The translations under genes and the position numbers were made by a program. The notes under the pieces are model-generated. The model did not search any database. It worked only from the letters and a program-made list of their open reading frames with translations, and was not told the DNA's origin. From Salpingoeca rosetta (taxonomy: Eukaryota; Protista; Choanoflagellata), in assembly GCA_033442325.1 (NCBI GenBank), contig JAWQFM010000002.1, forward strand, positions 1,752,795-1,816,794: a stretch of DNA of 64,000 nt. Reading direction: 5' to 3'. Shown piece after piece: positions 43,494 through 64,000 of this stretch (its first letter is position 1; the number at the start of each line of letters is the position of its first letter).

Positions 43494-44120
43494 GGTGGCG
43501 GTCGTTTACTGTGTGCTGTGTTGTGCTGTGTTGTACTTGGTATCCTTCGTTTGTGCCCTGTACGAATGCGTACGTTCGTTTGTTTGTGTGCGTATGTTTT
43601 GTGTTGTGCGTGTATGAAGAAAGGAATGCAAGTGAAATGAATGAGCGTTGCAATGATGGGAGGACAGTGGATACTCACCCAGTCAAGTGTGAGAGAGCGC
43701 GAGCGGTTGCAAGGTCTGTGCAGAGAGTGTGTGTGAGAGTTGTGTCGTCTGTTGCTTTGGTGTGGTGTGGTGTGCCCGTTGTTGGACTGGTACGCACACT
43801 CAACGACGACAGGAGGCGGCAAAGGAAACTGGTTTTTTTCGCTGGCCAGCCAGTGCATGTGAGACAATATCGCTGACGTCAGCAACACAGAGGGAGGGAC
43901 GACATATGACATACGGAAATGTAGTGAACAGCAAGGCGGATACACGCGCACTCCTTCCAAACACACGACTGAGGACACATGTACGTGCTGCAACAGAGAA
44001 ACAGACAAACACAGCCACAACACAGGCATATTCACGCACACACGCATACACACAGACAAACACAGCCACAACACACGCATACACACGCATACGCATACGC
44101 ATTCGCACGCACGCACAGCC

Positions 44121-45769
44121 ATGGGACGAAGACGGGCGCAGTTGGAGAAGCTGCGACGGAAGAAGCGCGGTGAATACAAGAGGAAGATGAAGCTGTTGAA
44201 GCAGAATGCACCCGTGGTGGGTAACAGTGACCAGGACGCCGCCTGCCAAGCGTTTGTGCAGTGGTGCTTGCATCGCGGCATTGAATTCTCGCCCAACGTG
44301 GCCATCACCCGCAAACGTGTCGTGCATGGCCGGGGCATGGTTGCCACTGCCAACATCAAGGCCGGCGAAGTGCTCTTCGAGATCCCTCGCTCAGGTGTGT
44401 TTCTGTGTGTATCTTTGTGTGTGTGTGTGTGTGTGTGTATCTGTGTGTATAGTGTGTGTGTATGTGTATAGTGTGTATGTGTACCTGTGTGTATGTGTGT
44501 GTGAGTGTGTGTGTGTGTGTATGTGTGTATAGTGTGTGTGTATGTGTGTGAGTGTGTAGTGTGTTTTGTGTGTTTTATGTGTCACGGAGCCCAAGAGACA
44601 AGAGGAACTCACGTGCACACATCTGCATGGGTGTTCCTGTCAGTGCAATGGATTGTGACGGTGCAAATTGCTGTGAACCGCTTTCCCCGTGTCGCACAAC
44701 TCGCACACATACACGCACACGTTCACGCACACATGCACACAACTCGCACGCATGCACAACTCGCACACATACACCCACATAAACGCGGTTGTGTTTGATG
44801 ATCGGCTGCAGCCATGTTCTCAGAAAAGACGTGCAAGCATGCTGACGTGTTGATGGCCAACTTGGACCATGGCGTACACAGCGTGGAGGAAGACAGTGCC
44901 GACTGCCACGAGGAGGCGGATGCATGCGATGGCGCGTGCAGGACAACCGCCGCATCCAACAGGGAAGACGGGGGCGGAGACCACGGGGGCACCTGCTGCG
45001 GCAGCCACGCGAAGGAGCACAAACCAACCACGGATGAGCAGACCGGAGACATCAAACTCAGCGGATGGTCACCTCTGCTGCTGGCCATGATGCTTGACAT
45101 GGACGCGGGGGAGGCGAGCGAGTTTGCGCCGTACTTCAACATCCTTCCCGAGGACGATGAGCTGCACCACCCACACGTGTGGACGGACCGCGAGCGCAGC
45201 ACGCTGCTCAAGGACTCGCGGCTGCAGGAGGACGTGGCACGTGACCTCACACTCATGAAACGCGAATACGACACAATCGCCAAGCCGTTTATGATTCGTC
45301 ACCCAAAGATCTTTCCTCAGCCAGGTCTGTGTGTGTGCGCGGGTGGGTGTGGGTGTGTGGGGGGGGGGTGCATATGTGTGTATGTGGGTTTCGTGTCTGG
45401 TTCATGTCTGTGTCATTCATGTGTGTTTGTGCATGTGTGTGTCTCCGTGTCTGACTGTTTGCATGTCTGGTTTGTGTGGGTGGGCCGCTCACGTTCACAT
45501 CACGCATGCCATGTTGTGTGTCCACGACAGGCAAGAAGGCGTTTTCATTTCGAAAGTATGCGCAATGCGCAGCGATAGTGATGGGCTACAGCTTCACGGA
45601 TGAAGAGGATGGCCGTGTGTGTCTTGTGCCTGTTGCTGATATCCTCAACCACGTCACGGGCAAGAACAACGCTCGCCTCTTCTTCTCCGACAAAACACTG
45701 CAGGTTGTGTGTGTGTCTGCATGCGCATGTATGTGTATGCGCGCGTGTGTGAGTGCGTGTGCGTGTGTA

Positions 45770-45840
<71 letters not shown>

Positions 45841-46434
45841 GTGTTTGCATCTCCATGTGTCAGTTTCCGTCTGCTGGATGCTTATTTGCGTGCGTTTTGT
45901 GTCCCATTCACCGGTCATTCTTTCGTGCGGCACGATTGTGACTGAACATCAGATGCGGAGCATCAAGCGCATCCCTGCTGGCGCCGAGGTGAGGCGTAGG
46001 AAACGGTCGAACTTGATCTGCTGGATGGTGTTGTGACATAAAAGATGCGCATTCAAATGTGTTCACGCATGTGTTCAATCCACAGCACACGTGCTTGTTC
46101 GCTCGACCACTTTCAGCCCCGTTTCCCACCACTCTAACAAACACACACTCTCTCTCACTCACACGTCACACACACACACACATCACACACGCGCGCGCGC
46201 AGATCTTCAACACATACGGCGACCTGGACAACCTGCAGCTTGTGCAGCAGCACGGGTTTGCTGAGCCATCGCCGACGCCATGGGAGGAGGTCTCGCTCCA
46301 TCCGCGCGCGCTCAAAGCAATCCTGCACCTCACAGACGACCGATTCGCCTTCCTGAAGGAGTGCGTGGAGCCATGCGTGTCGTGTGCACGCTGCTGCTGC
46401 TGCTGCTGCTGCTGTTGTTGTTGTTGTTGTTTAA

Positions 46435-46466
<32 letters not shown>

Positions 46467-46486
46467 AGTTGTTGTTGTTGTTGAAG

Positions 46487-46548
<62 letters not shown>

Positions 46549-47615
46549 ATTGTTGTTGTTGTTATTGTTGTTGTTGTTGGATTTCTTGTTTTTCATTCGC
46601 CCGTGTGGCAGCGGCCCCGTCTGCGTGTACAGTTGTCCATCATACACGCACACGTACTCACGCACACGCACCACACACTCACACACACACTCACTCACTC
46701 ATGCACATTCACTTACACGTGCTGTTTGCACTGCCTCCTCCGCCCCTGGTTGCTTGCACCAGCACCGTGAGCGGCTTGCTCGGAGAAGATGCGCGGCTGC
46801 TGGTGGGCATCTTGGGCGACGCAGCCATGTCGTACCCAAACTGGCTCTTCGCTGCCCTCGTCACCCTCTGCGTCTGTCAGAAGGACAAGGTGTGTGTGTG
46901 TGCGTGTGTGTGTGTGTGTATGTATGTGTGTGTGTGTGTGTACTTCTTGGTTTGCGGTCGTCTGCCACTGCAAGGATGGCTCACGCACCTTACTGCACGT
47001 GCTGTTTGCAAGTGCGAGCCCTTGCGAGAGCACATTGAACAGGTACACGCAGCACAGGCGGAGGCAGACAGCGACGAGGACGAGGCAGAGGAGGAGAAGG
47101 AGGAGGAGGACGAGGCTGTTGAAGGTCAAGTGGAAGCTGCACGTGCTGACGATGGTGCTGAAAAGGGTGAGGAGGCACAGGAGCAAGAGGGGCAAGAGGT
47201 ACAGGAGCAAGAGGAGCAGGTGTCCAAGCGCGCGAAGAAAGGTGCCGACGATGGCAATGGCAATGACGATGATGATGACGATGATGATGATGATGGCAAC
47301 ATGGAGGTGGACGAGGACGATGATGATGACGATGGTGACGACCAACACGAGGGCAAGACGCTGGCTGAGCAGATGGAAGGGTTTGAGTATGGCGGGATTG
47401 AGCTGACAGAGGCCACACAGATCGCGCTGCATCGGGTGATGAAGCACCAGTCTGAGCTGTATGCGCGGCGAGCAGAGGAGGTCAAGGCGGCAGGCGAGTG
47501 TGTGCGGAAGCGACGAAAGCTGGCCGCGGCCGTGTTTGAGGCCGGTCAGGCAGTGTGCGCATCCTGGCTCGCGCGCCTGGGTGCCAGCGATGGCGGTGAT
47601 GCCGAGAAGAGCTAG
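44121..47615 (+). CDS. SETD6: SET-domain protein lysine methyltransferase, SETD6/Rkm-type, multi-exon
   Basis: GRGMVATANIKAGEVLFEIPRS, GWSPLLLAM, MGYSF..LVPVADILNH..NNARL, IFNTYGDLDNLQLVQQHGF; acidic C-terminal region. Confidence 0.8.
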
Positions 47616-47875
47616 CTGCGCGCGGGAATGTGTGTGTGTGTGTGTGTCTGTCTGTGTGTCTGTATGTATGTATGTATGTATGTATGTGTGTGTGTATGTG
47701 TGTGTGTGTGTGTGTGTCAAGACCACAGTAAACGATGATGACGTCATATCTCAACGGCGACAGTCCTCGCACATTTTGGGCAACGTGCATTGAGACACTT
47801 GCACACAACAAACAACGCAAGTGCCACTGCTCCGCTTCACCACACACACGCACACGCACACCCGCTGCCTGGCCA

Positions 47876-50260
<2,385 letters not shown>

Positions 50261-50304
50261 CTTCAGTTTCCGCTAGCTTTGTTTGTTGTTGCTGTGTGCT
50301 GATC

Positions 50305-51432
50305 ATGGTTGCGTGTCGCTGCTGGTGTCTTGGGCTTGTGATTGCATTGGCGTGTGTCGCTGTGACCGCCGCCACAAATGTCAACAACAACAACAACAAC
50401 AACAATGAGGCGCCGAGCATTGAAGCACGCAACGGGTCGCTGGTGTTCTTGCTGAGCGCCAACGGAGATGCAACGTTCAAGATTGCCAATGCCAACCAAG
50501 ACAACAACAACGAAAACAACAACAACAACAACAACGACAACGACAACAGCGGGTATGAAGAGGTGAGCATGCGGGCAATGGCGTCACAGCTGGCAGCGCT
50601 CACAACCCAGCTTACGGAAGAACTGAGCACCGTTCGGTCTCAGGCGGAGAGCCAGGCCCGCGCAGTGACAAGCGCGGCCACGGACGCGCTCAACGCCACG
50701 CTGCAAGACGAGCTGTCACGCCTGCGGTCTGCGCTCGACCACGAGCGGCAGCTGCGCCTGCAGCAGGACACTGCCGCCCAATCCCTGCAAGTGGAGGTGT
50801 CTTCCCTGCGCCAAGAGGCCGCATGGCTCCGCACTAACCTCTCGGACGCCGAGGGTGAGGCTGCTCGCCTCAGCGCAGAAGTTGCGCGCCAGAACACCGC
50901 CCTCATCGGTGCGCTGGAGATGGTCAGCAACGTGCGCGATGAAGCGGAGCAGCGGGACGCCGGACTGGACAGCCGCATCACGGACGTGGTGAACGACATT
51001 GGAGACGTGAGCATGGCGACGGAGAACGTCCACACGGCCGTGGAAGGCCTGACAACGCAGGTGGACCGCGTGAAGCCGCAGGTGTTGTGGCAGACAAGCT
51101 CCGCAAACACGTACAGCCTACGCGACATCTTCGACGACCTGCGCAGACAAGGCATGAGCCCTGGCGTGTACGACTGCGTCCTGCGCACCAACAACGAAGC
51201 TCATTGGACCGGCCGTCGCTTCACCATTACCGTCAACTTGTATGTTCGTACGACCAATCCCAACTACCCCCACATCATCAAGGAGTTGATTGACATCAAC
51301 GCCGGAAGCAGCGGGTGCAATGGCGGCCTCACGTCCTTCTCCGTGTCCTCGTCCAACACTGCCACCTTCTCCTTCACCCCCGGCAACTGCGTCCAGAAAC
51401 TCACCCTGGCCTGCAAGCCACGCTGGATTTGA
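50305..51432 (+). CDS. Intronless secreted protein: signal peptide, cubilin-N-terminal-like motif, about 170-aa coiled coil, novel Cys-containing C-terminal domain
   Basis: MVACRCWCLGLVIALACVAVTAA hydrophobic leader; APSIEARNGSLVFL; heptad-rich helix; about 115-aa beta-rich tail. GC-rich coding-like sequence throughout. Confidence 0.8.
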   Translation: MVACRCWCLGLVIALACVAVTAATNVNNNNNNNNEAPSIEARNGSLVFLLSANGDATFKIANANQDNNNENNNNNNNDNDNSGYEEVSMRAMASQLAALTTQLTEELSTVRSQAESQARAVTSAATDALNATLQDELSRLRSALDHERQLRLQQDTAAQSLQVEVSSLRQEAAWLRTNLSDAEGEAARLSAEVARQNTALIGALEMVSNVRDEAEQRDAGLDSRITDVVNDIGDVSMATENVHTAVEGLTTQVDRVKPQVLWQTSSANTYSLRDIFDDLRRQGMSPGVYDCVLRTNNEAHWTGRRFTITVNLYVRTTNPNYPHIIKELIDINAGSSGCNGGLTSFSVSSSNTATFSFTPGNCVQKLTLACKPRWI

Positions 51433-51441
51433 TCTCGGCTC

Positions 51442-51472
<31 letters not shown>

Positions 51473-51974
51473 CTGTGTGTCTGTGTCTGTGTCTGTGTCT
51501 GCCTGTGTGAGTGTGTGTTTGTGCGTCTGTGTGTCTGTGTGAGTGTGTGTTTGTGTCTGTGTGTCTGTGTGTGTCTGTGTGTGTCTGTGTGTGTGTCTGT
51601 GTCTGCCTGTGTTGACATGACTGCTCTTCTGTTGTTTCCTACTTCTTCTTACTTCCTGTTGGTTCCTTCTTGCTCCCTCCTCTTGCTGGCTCCTGCGACT
51701 GCTTCCTGTCTCTTTCATTCCCTGCCTGCCTGCCTGCCTGCTTGCTTGCTTGTTGGCTTTGCTCGTTCCCCTTTGTGGTCGTGCCTCCGTTCTTACCCCT
51801 CGCCACACCAGCGTTACATCTTGCCAGTGCAAACAACAACAACAAAGAAAGGGACCAGAAGCAAAGCAAGCAGCACGCACAGCACGCACAAACAGGACAC
51901 AAAACACACAAGCAACAGCAAAGCGACCGACCATCCATCATCCATGTTGTTGTTGTTGGTGACCTGGGATCATC

Positions 51975-54173
51975 ATGGGCCGGAACCGCAGTGCTAACGG
52001 CGGTGAGCAGCGCCGTCGCCGGCCTACTGCAACTGATGCTGCAGCTGATGCTGATGCTGCTGGGGACAAGGGGGACAAGGGGCCATCAACAGCACGCGGT
52101 GAACGCGCGCGCGGCGCTGGTCGTGTGGTGGCGGACGGGTGGCAGGAGCCGAGGAAGAAGAAGCCGCCGCACAAACACCGTGACCGCGGTCACGTCGGTC
52201 CAGAGAGTGCCCGCCAGCCACATCGCCCCCAGAGGTCTCAGCAGCCTCAGAGGCAGCACCCACAGCAGGCAAGGCAACAGCAGGGGCAGCGTGGGGCGTC
52301 GCTTGCCAAGCACTCAGCGGCAGGGCGGCGGCTGAATCAGGCGAAGGCATCCAAAGCACAGACACTACAAACGAGCCGACATGGGCGGCAACAACACAGC
52401 CGCGACACTGATGGACAAAGGGCTTCAGGCAGCTGGCACAGCAGCCACAATGGGACAACGACACGAGGCAAGCCCTCACAGAGGGGCACACGGACCACCA
52501 ACACACATCAGCTGAAGCAGCAACGCACCAAGACGGCGGAACTGAAGGACCGCCAGCCTCAGAGAACACAACCCCAAACGCGCACCGCATTGTCAGCAGG
52601 TAACAGTGCAGCGCAAGAGTCTCCGGCCAGGTCAGCGCCGAGCAGTGCTCCGCCATCAGAGGCAAAGCTGACTCCGAGGAGGTGGGAGCAGGTGCCATCG
52701 GCCCCATCCACACGCACGGCCATATCCTCCTCACAACAAGATGAGTTACACCACAAGGTGCAGGCCAAGGCCAAAGCCAAAGCCAAAGGCAAGACGCGAC
52801 AGCAACAACAACAACAACAGCAGCAGCAGCAGCAGCAGCGCAGTCGGCCCATTCCCAAGTCTGGTGCCATCGACGTTGACTTGTCAAGTGAGTGTGTGTG
52901 TGTGTGTGTGTGCGTGTGTGTGTGCTGTGGGTGTGACTGGCTTTCACTCCCTTTGCGGTTTGTTGTGTCTGCGTTCCTATGACATGCTCACACCATCGCT
53001 GATGTCCTGCTTGCGTGTCTAGAGATGCTACGTGTTCTCATATCCCAGTCTTCATCAAAGAAGAAGAAGAAGAAGGCCATGACACTTCATGTGGGCATGG
53101 GCCCATCGCCCAGTTCGCGCACATCCGCCTCTCGCAAGCGTGTCCAGAAGAGCAAGAGCACCACCCCCGGATCAAGCGAACGACACAGGTTGGTGTGTGT
53201 GTCTGCGTGTGTCTGTGTCTGTGTGTGTCTGTGTCTGTGTCTGTGTCTGTGTCTGTGTGTGTGTGTGCGTGTGTGTGTCTGCCTCTCCATGTGCCTGCCT
53301 GTCTGGCTGCCGACGTGATTCTGTCTCAATCTCTGTCTCTTTATTGTCCTCGCCTTGTCTCCTTGTTTGAATGCATGGCATGCATTCACCCTGGTGCACC
53401 GGCTGCTGTTGTCTTGGCTGCCGCCAACACGTGACCGCAGGGGCAAATTCAACGCACTGGACTCCACAGCGCCGCGCCAGAAGAGGGGCGTGGTGAGTAG
53501 GAATCACAACCACTTACAGCGCCACACAGCACACGGCCGTATAATGGGATGCAGCTTTGTGTGCTTTGCTTTGCCAACCACGTCCCTCCTCACTCACTCA
53601 CTCACTCACTCACTCACTCACTCACTCACTCACTCACTCACTCACTCACCCACCCACTCACTCACTCACTCATTCACTCACTCATCCCTGTGCAGGTGAA
53701 GAGCAGCCAGCGACGGAAGCGGCCAACGCGTATCAGGCGCGCCCTCCTCCGCCACCGCGCAGCCGCTGTTGCTGCCACGCTCGAGCAGCTTGCTGCCGAC
53801 ATGGACGCACTGCGCATTGCTGGTGGTGATGGTGGTGGTGGTGGTGGAGTTGGCGCTGATGCTGATGATGCTGATGCTGTCAAGCGCAAAACAGGGAGCA
53901 ATGTCCTGGTCAAGATCAAGGAAGAAGAAGAAGTTGCAGAAGAAGACGAGGAGAAAGCAGAATCCACTGCAACCGCCACCGCCACCAGCAGCAGCATTGC
54001 GCGTTCTGCCAGTGCTTCCGGTGCCACAACGCAACAAGTGGGAACTTCTGACACAGGCCCACCAGCAGCCACAGCGGCGGTAGTGAAGAGCGAGGTGGTC
54101 GTGCCATCAGCCGTCATCAAGGATGAGGACGAGTGCTCGGCACCGGCAATGGCGACGCAGCAGACCAGCAAGC

Positions 54174-54210
<37 letters not shown>

Positions 54211-54414
54211 CAAGCAGCAGCAACCGGTAGTACGTGACGTTTCTGGCGCACGCTGGCCCATCGTTACGGGTGTGCACAGCAACAAGTTTCGCGAATACTG
54301 CACACACGCCCTCAGCAAGGAGCTGGACAAAACCGTCGCTGCCATGTTCAAGGTGACACGAGATGCTTTGCACTTTATACGTTGCGTGTTGTGCTGTCTG
54401 TGTCAGTGTCTGCG

Positions 54415-54479
<65 letters not shown>

Positions 54480-55211
54480 ATGAATTCCACCTCCATCTGA
54501 CCTTCTTCACCGCTGCCACTGTGCTTTTCCTTTCCCACCACCCTCGCATGCATACATGTGTGTTTGCAGAAACTGCTCAAGTTCCAGAAGCGCCAGCAGG
54601 GATCGGTGAGCAAGCCACATCCTAACACGCGCGTTGCTTCGAGTCATTGTCGGCAGTGCGTTAATGTGTGCAGTGCGTTAATGTGTGCAGTGCGTTAATG
54701 TGTGCAGCGTGTTAATGTCGGCAGTGTGTTAACGTCTGCTGCGTGACGAGCTGTTGCGTTTATCGCCATCACCGCTCAAATGTGGGGGAGGGGGTCACTG
54801 TCCCTCGCTTGGCTGTTGCTCACACTTGTGTGGTGCTTGTGGCAGGTGGCGATGAAGAAGCGACTGTGCATGGGGTTTCATGAAGTGCAGATCAAGCTGG
54901 ATGCCGCAAAGCCGTCGCTCGTCATCCTCGCGCCAGACATCAAGCGCCACCCAGGCAAAGGTGTGTGATGTGGTGTGGTGTGGTGTGCATTTGGGTGTGG
55001 GTGTGGGGGGGGGGGGGTACGCTGATGTGTGCCGGCGGGACTACTCACCTGTTTATTTGTCTGTCCTTTTCGCGACCTGCTTGTGTGTGTTTGTCTGTCT
55101 AAGTATCCATTTTCAACCCATAAGTCCGTCACCACCCTCCACACACCCCACACCCCTTGCCCAACTTTCCTCTCCTTCAACGTTCCCACCTCCCGCTCCC
55201 CCGCTCCCCTC

Positions 55212-55303
<92 letters not shown>

Positions 55304-55641
55304 ACATACACACATACACACACACAACACGCGCGCGTGCAGACGGGCTGGATGAGGCGGTTGAGCGGGTGGTGTCGACTGCAGCCCAGCACGAGATTCC
55401 CGTCGTGTTTGCACTCGGCAAGCGCAAGTTGGCGTATGCACTGAAGCGGACAGGGGACGTGAGTGTCGCCGCTGTGCTGTTCCATGACGGCGCTTGGGAC
55501 GAGTACAAGCACATCCAACGCCTGCTTCCTGATCTTCAGCAGCAACTCCGGGACAAGCTGGTCGCGGCAGCGGCTGACCCCTTACAGCAACAGCAACAAC
55601 AACATCATCAGCAGCAACAGCATCAGCAGCAGACTGAGTAA
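51975..55641 (+). CDS. SECISBP2: SECIS-binding protein 2 (selenocysteine insertion factor), multi-exon
   Basis: NALDSTAP..RG, KRPTRIRRALL, VHSNKFREYCTHALSKELD, KFQKR, then L7Ae domain KRLCMGFHEV..VILAPD..GLDEAV..IPVVFALGKRKL..VSVAAVL.HDGA. Confidence 0.88.
53588..53685 (+). repeat. (CTCA)n repeat immediately upstream of an SBP2 3' splice site
   Basis: CACT/CTCA run followed by tccctgtgcag|GTG. Confidence 0.9.
54652..54735. repeat. 17-bp tandem repeat GCAGTGCGTTAATGTGT, about 5 degenerate copies, SBP2 intron
   Basis: Direct reading of repeated units. Confidence 0.85.
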
Positions 55642-55923
55642 GGCGATACCACAGCTGCACACGAGGGTGCACATGACTGATGTTTTCAATTGCGTGCACG
55701 CATGCGAGGTTGCAAGCGTGTCGGCTTATGTGTGTGTGTGTGTTACCCGAATGGCTTGTGCGCCAGGCTGCTTGCTTGCTTGCTTGTTTGCTTGCTTGCT
55801 TGCATGCTTGGATATCATTCTGTTCTCTTGTCTTTTCTCTTGTTATTCTTCTGACCTCGTACATCATGAAGTAATGGACCCACAACATCGAATACACTGT
55901 TATTCACGAGAGAGCCTTCACGC

Positions 55924-56038
<115 letters not shown>

Positions 56039-56042
56039 CTTA

Positions 56043-56142
56043 NNNNNNNNNNNNNNNNNNNNNNNNNNNNNNNNNNNNNNNNNNNNNNNNNNNNNNNNNN
56101 NNNNNNNNNNNNNNNNNNNNNNNNNNNNNNNNNNNNNNNNNN
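56043..56142. other. Assembly gap (N)
   Basis: Run of 100 N inside (CA)n. Confidence 0.99.
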
Positions 56143-56187
<45 letters not shown>

Positions 56188-56280
56188 ATTTTTGGCTGTC
56201 GCCTGTCGACAACCCCCGAACAGCGGAACAGCCGCAACAGCAACAACAGCGAAACAGAAGACAAGAAGAAGACAGAAGAG

Positions 56281-62488
<6,208 letters not shown>

Positions 62489-62576
62489 GCAGGCATAACA
62501 TGCTATCGTGTCTCTGTCTATGTGTGTGTATCTCTGTGTGCATGACCGTGTGTGCGTGCGTGCGTGCGTGTGTGTA

Positions 62577-62634
<58 letters not shown>

Positions 62635-62682
62635 TGTGCGTGTGTACGTGTGTGTGTGTGCGTGTGTGTGTGTGTACGTGTG

Positions 62683-63131
62683 NNNNNNNNNNNNNNNNNN
62701 NNNNNNNNNNNNNNNNNNNNNNNNNNNNNNNNNNNNNNNNNNNNNNNNNNNNNNNNNNNNNNNNNNNNNNNNNNNNNNNNNNNNNNNNNNNNNNNNNNNN
62801 NNNNNNNNNNNNNNNNNNNNNNNNNNNNNNNNNNNNNNNNNNNNNNNNNNNNNNNNNNNNNNNNNNNNNNNNNNNNNNNNNNNNNNNNNNNNNNNNNNNN
62901 NNNNNNNNNNNNNNNNNNNNNNNNNNNNNNNNNNNNNNNNNNNNNNNNNNNNNNNNNNNNNNNNNNNNNNNNNNNNNNNNNNNNNNNNNNNNNNNNNNNN
63001 NNNNNNNNNNNNNNNNNNNNNNNNNNNNNNNNNNNNNNNNNNNNNNNNNNNNNNNNNNNNNNNNNNNNNNNNNNNNNNNNNNNNNNNNNNNNNNNNNNNN
63101 NNNNNNNNNNNNNNNNNNNNNNNNNNNNNNN
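62683..63131. other. Assembly gap (N)
   Basis: Run of about 449 N. Confidence 0.99.
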
Positions 63132-63732
63132 NCCCCCCCCACACACCAAACCACACACCAACAACCCCCCCGCATCCGCGTTGCAGTGGAGCGGGGGGGA
63201 AGAGAGACCCCACCACAACGACACACCCCGGTGTCTGCTCCGCACACCACCAGCAGCGCAGCAGTCGGCCTCTTGTTTGAAAGCCGCGGGGGTGTGGCTT
63301 CTTTTTCCACCTCTGCGGTGTCATTTTATAATATGCGGCGACAACCCGCCATCGAAGAAACTGCAGGATGAAACAACAGCGCCGCCCTAACAAAAACGGC
63401 AGTCCAGGAGTGGAGGAATGTTTTCACCACCTCTTATCGTCCCTCCTCCCCGGCGTTCTTTTCTTCTTCTTCCGCCTCATCAACATCCCCGCAACAACCA
63501 CCCCCCTCCTCCAACAAGTGGTCGTCTATTTCTTCCTGCGGTGCGGTCATCATCGAGGCCGTATCCCACCAGACTGCAGCCCCTCCCGCACCACAACATC
63601 CTCATCAAGGCTCTCATCAAACTCTCCCAGCAGCGATCATCTGTCCCCACCGAGGAGCCCTGACGCGATTGCAAAAGGGAGTGAGGGAGCAGTGAGGCAT
63701 AGTCACTGTAGGTAGGTAGGTAGGTAGGTAGG

Positions 63733-63854
<122 letters not shown>

Positions 63855-63910
63855 TAGCAATTCAGTGAGAGAGTGAGAGAGCAGTCACAACTCCATTCTT
63901 CGAAGCGCAC

Positions 63911-63979
63911 CTGCTCCAAGTCCATGGATGACATGGCCTTCTCCATACCCTTGACCACGGATCCCATTTGTTTCGACAT
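63911..63979 (-). CDS. CHMP1: Internal exon of ESCRT-III CHMP1/Did2 (gene begins beyond the window)
   Basis: cag|MSKQMGSVVKGMEKAMSSMDLEQ|gtgcgc resembles CHMP1 VTKSMxGVVKxMDxxxxxMNLEK. Confidence 0.7.
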
Positions 63980-64000
63980 CTGCATGTGGCGTTGTGAAAC

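Noticed and set aside
43540-43548. GTATCCTT as a U12-type 5' splice site
   Set aside because: It lies in the Nup98/SETD6 intergenic region, with no matching exon or U12 branch site.

Overview
Eukaryotic, gene-dense and intron-rich genomic DNA, with (GT)n/(CA)n microsatellites in almost every non-coding segment and poly-Q/N tracts in proteins. This style suggests a choanoflagellate such as Salpingoeca rosetta (inference, not proven). Reading exons across GT-AG introns gives 15 protein-coding genes: C1orf50/DUF2452 (+), ZNHIT3-like (-), dymeclin (+), ANKS3-like (-), glucokinase regulatory protein/MurQ-like (+), an uncharacterised coiled-coil protein (-), WDR18/Ipi3 (+), Rab11 (-), Nup98-Nup96 (-), SETD6 (+), TMEM53/DUF829 (+), an intronless secreted coiled-coil protein (+), SBP2 (+), paraplegin-type m-AAA protease (+) and part of CHMP1 (-). 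Most six-frame ORFs are microsatellite artefacts. There are three N gaps; no rRNA, tRNA, CRISPR or transposon was recognised. Top observations: (1) non-coding DNA runs (GT)n first and (CA)n last, so exons are framed CA-exon-GT, and several acceptors lack a polypyrimidine tract; (2) the GKRP-like protein keeps both MurQ etherase catalytic motifs; (3) a secreted protein has a cubilin-type N-terminal motif, a long coiled coil and an unrecognised head, and could be spliced in frame onto the upstream DUF829 gene. All homology calls are from motif recognition by eye, without database searches.
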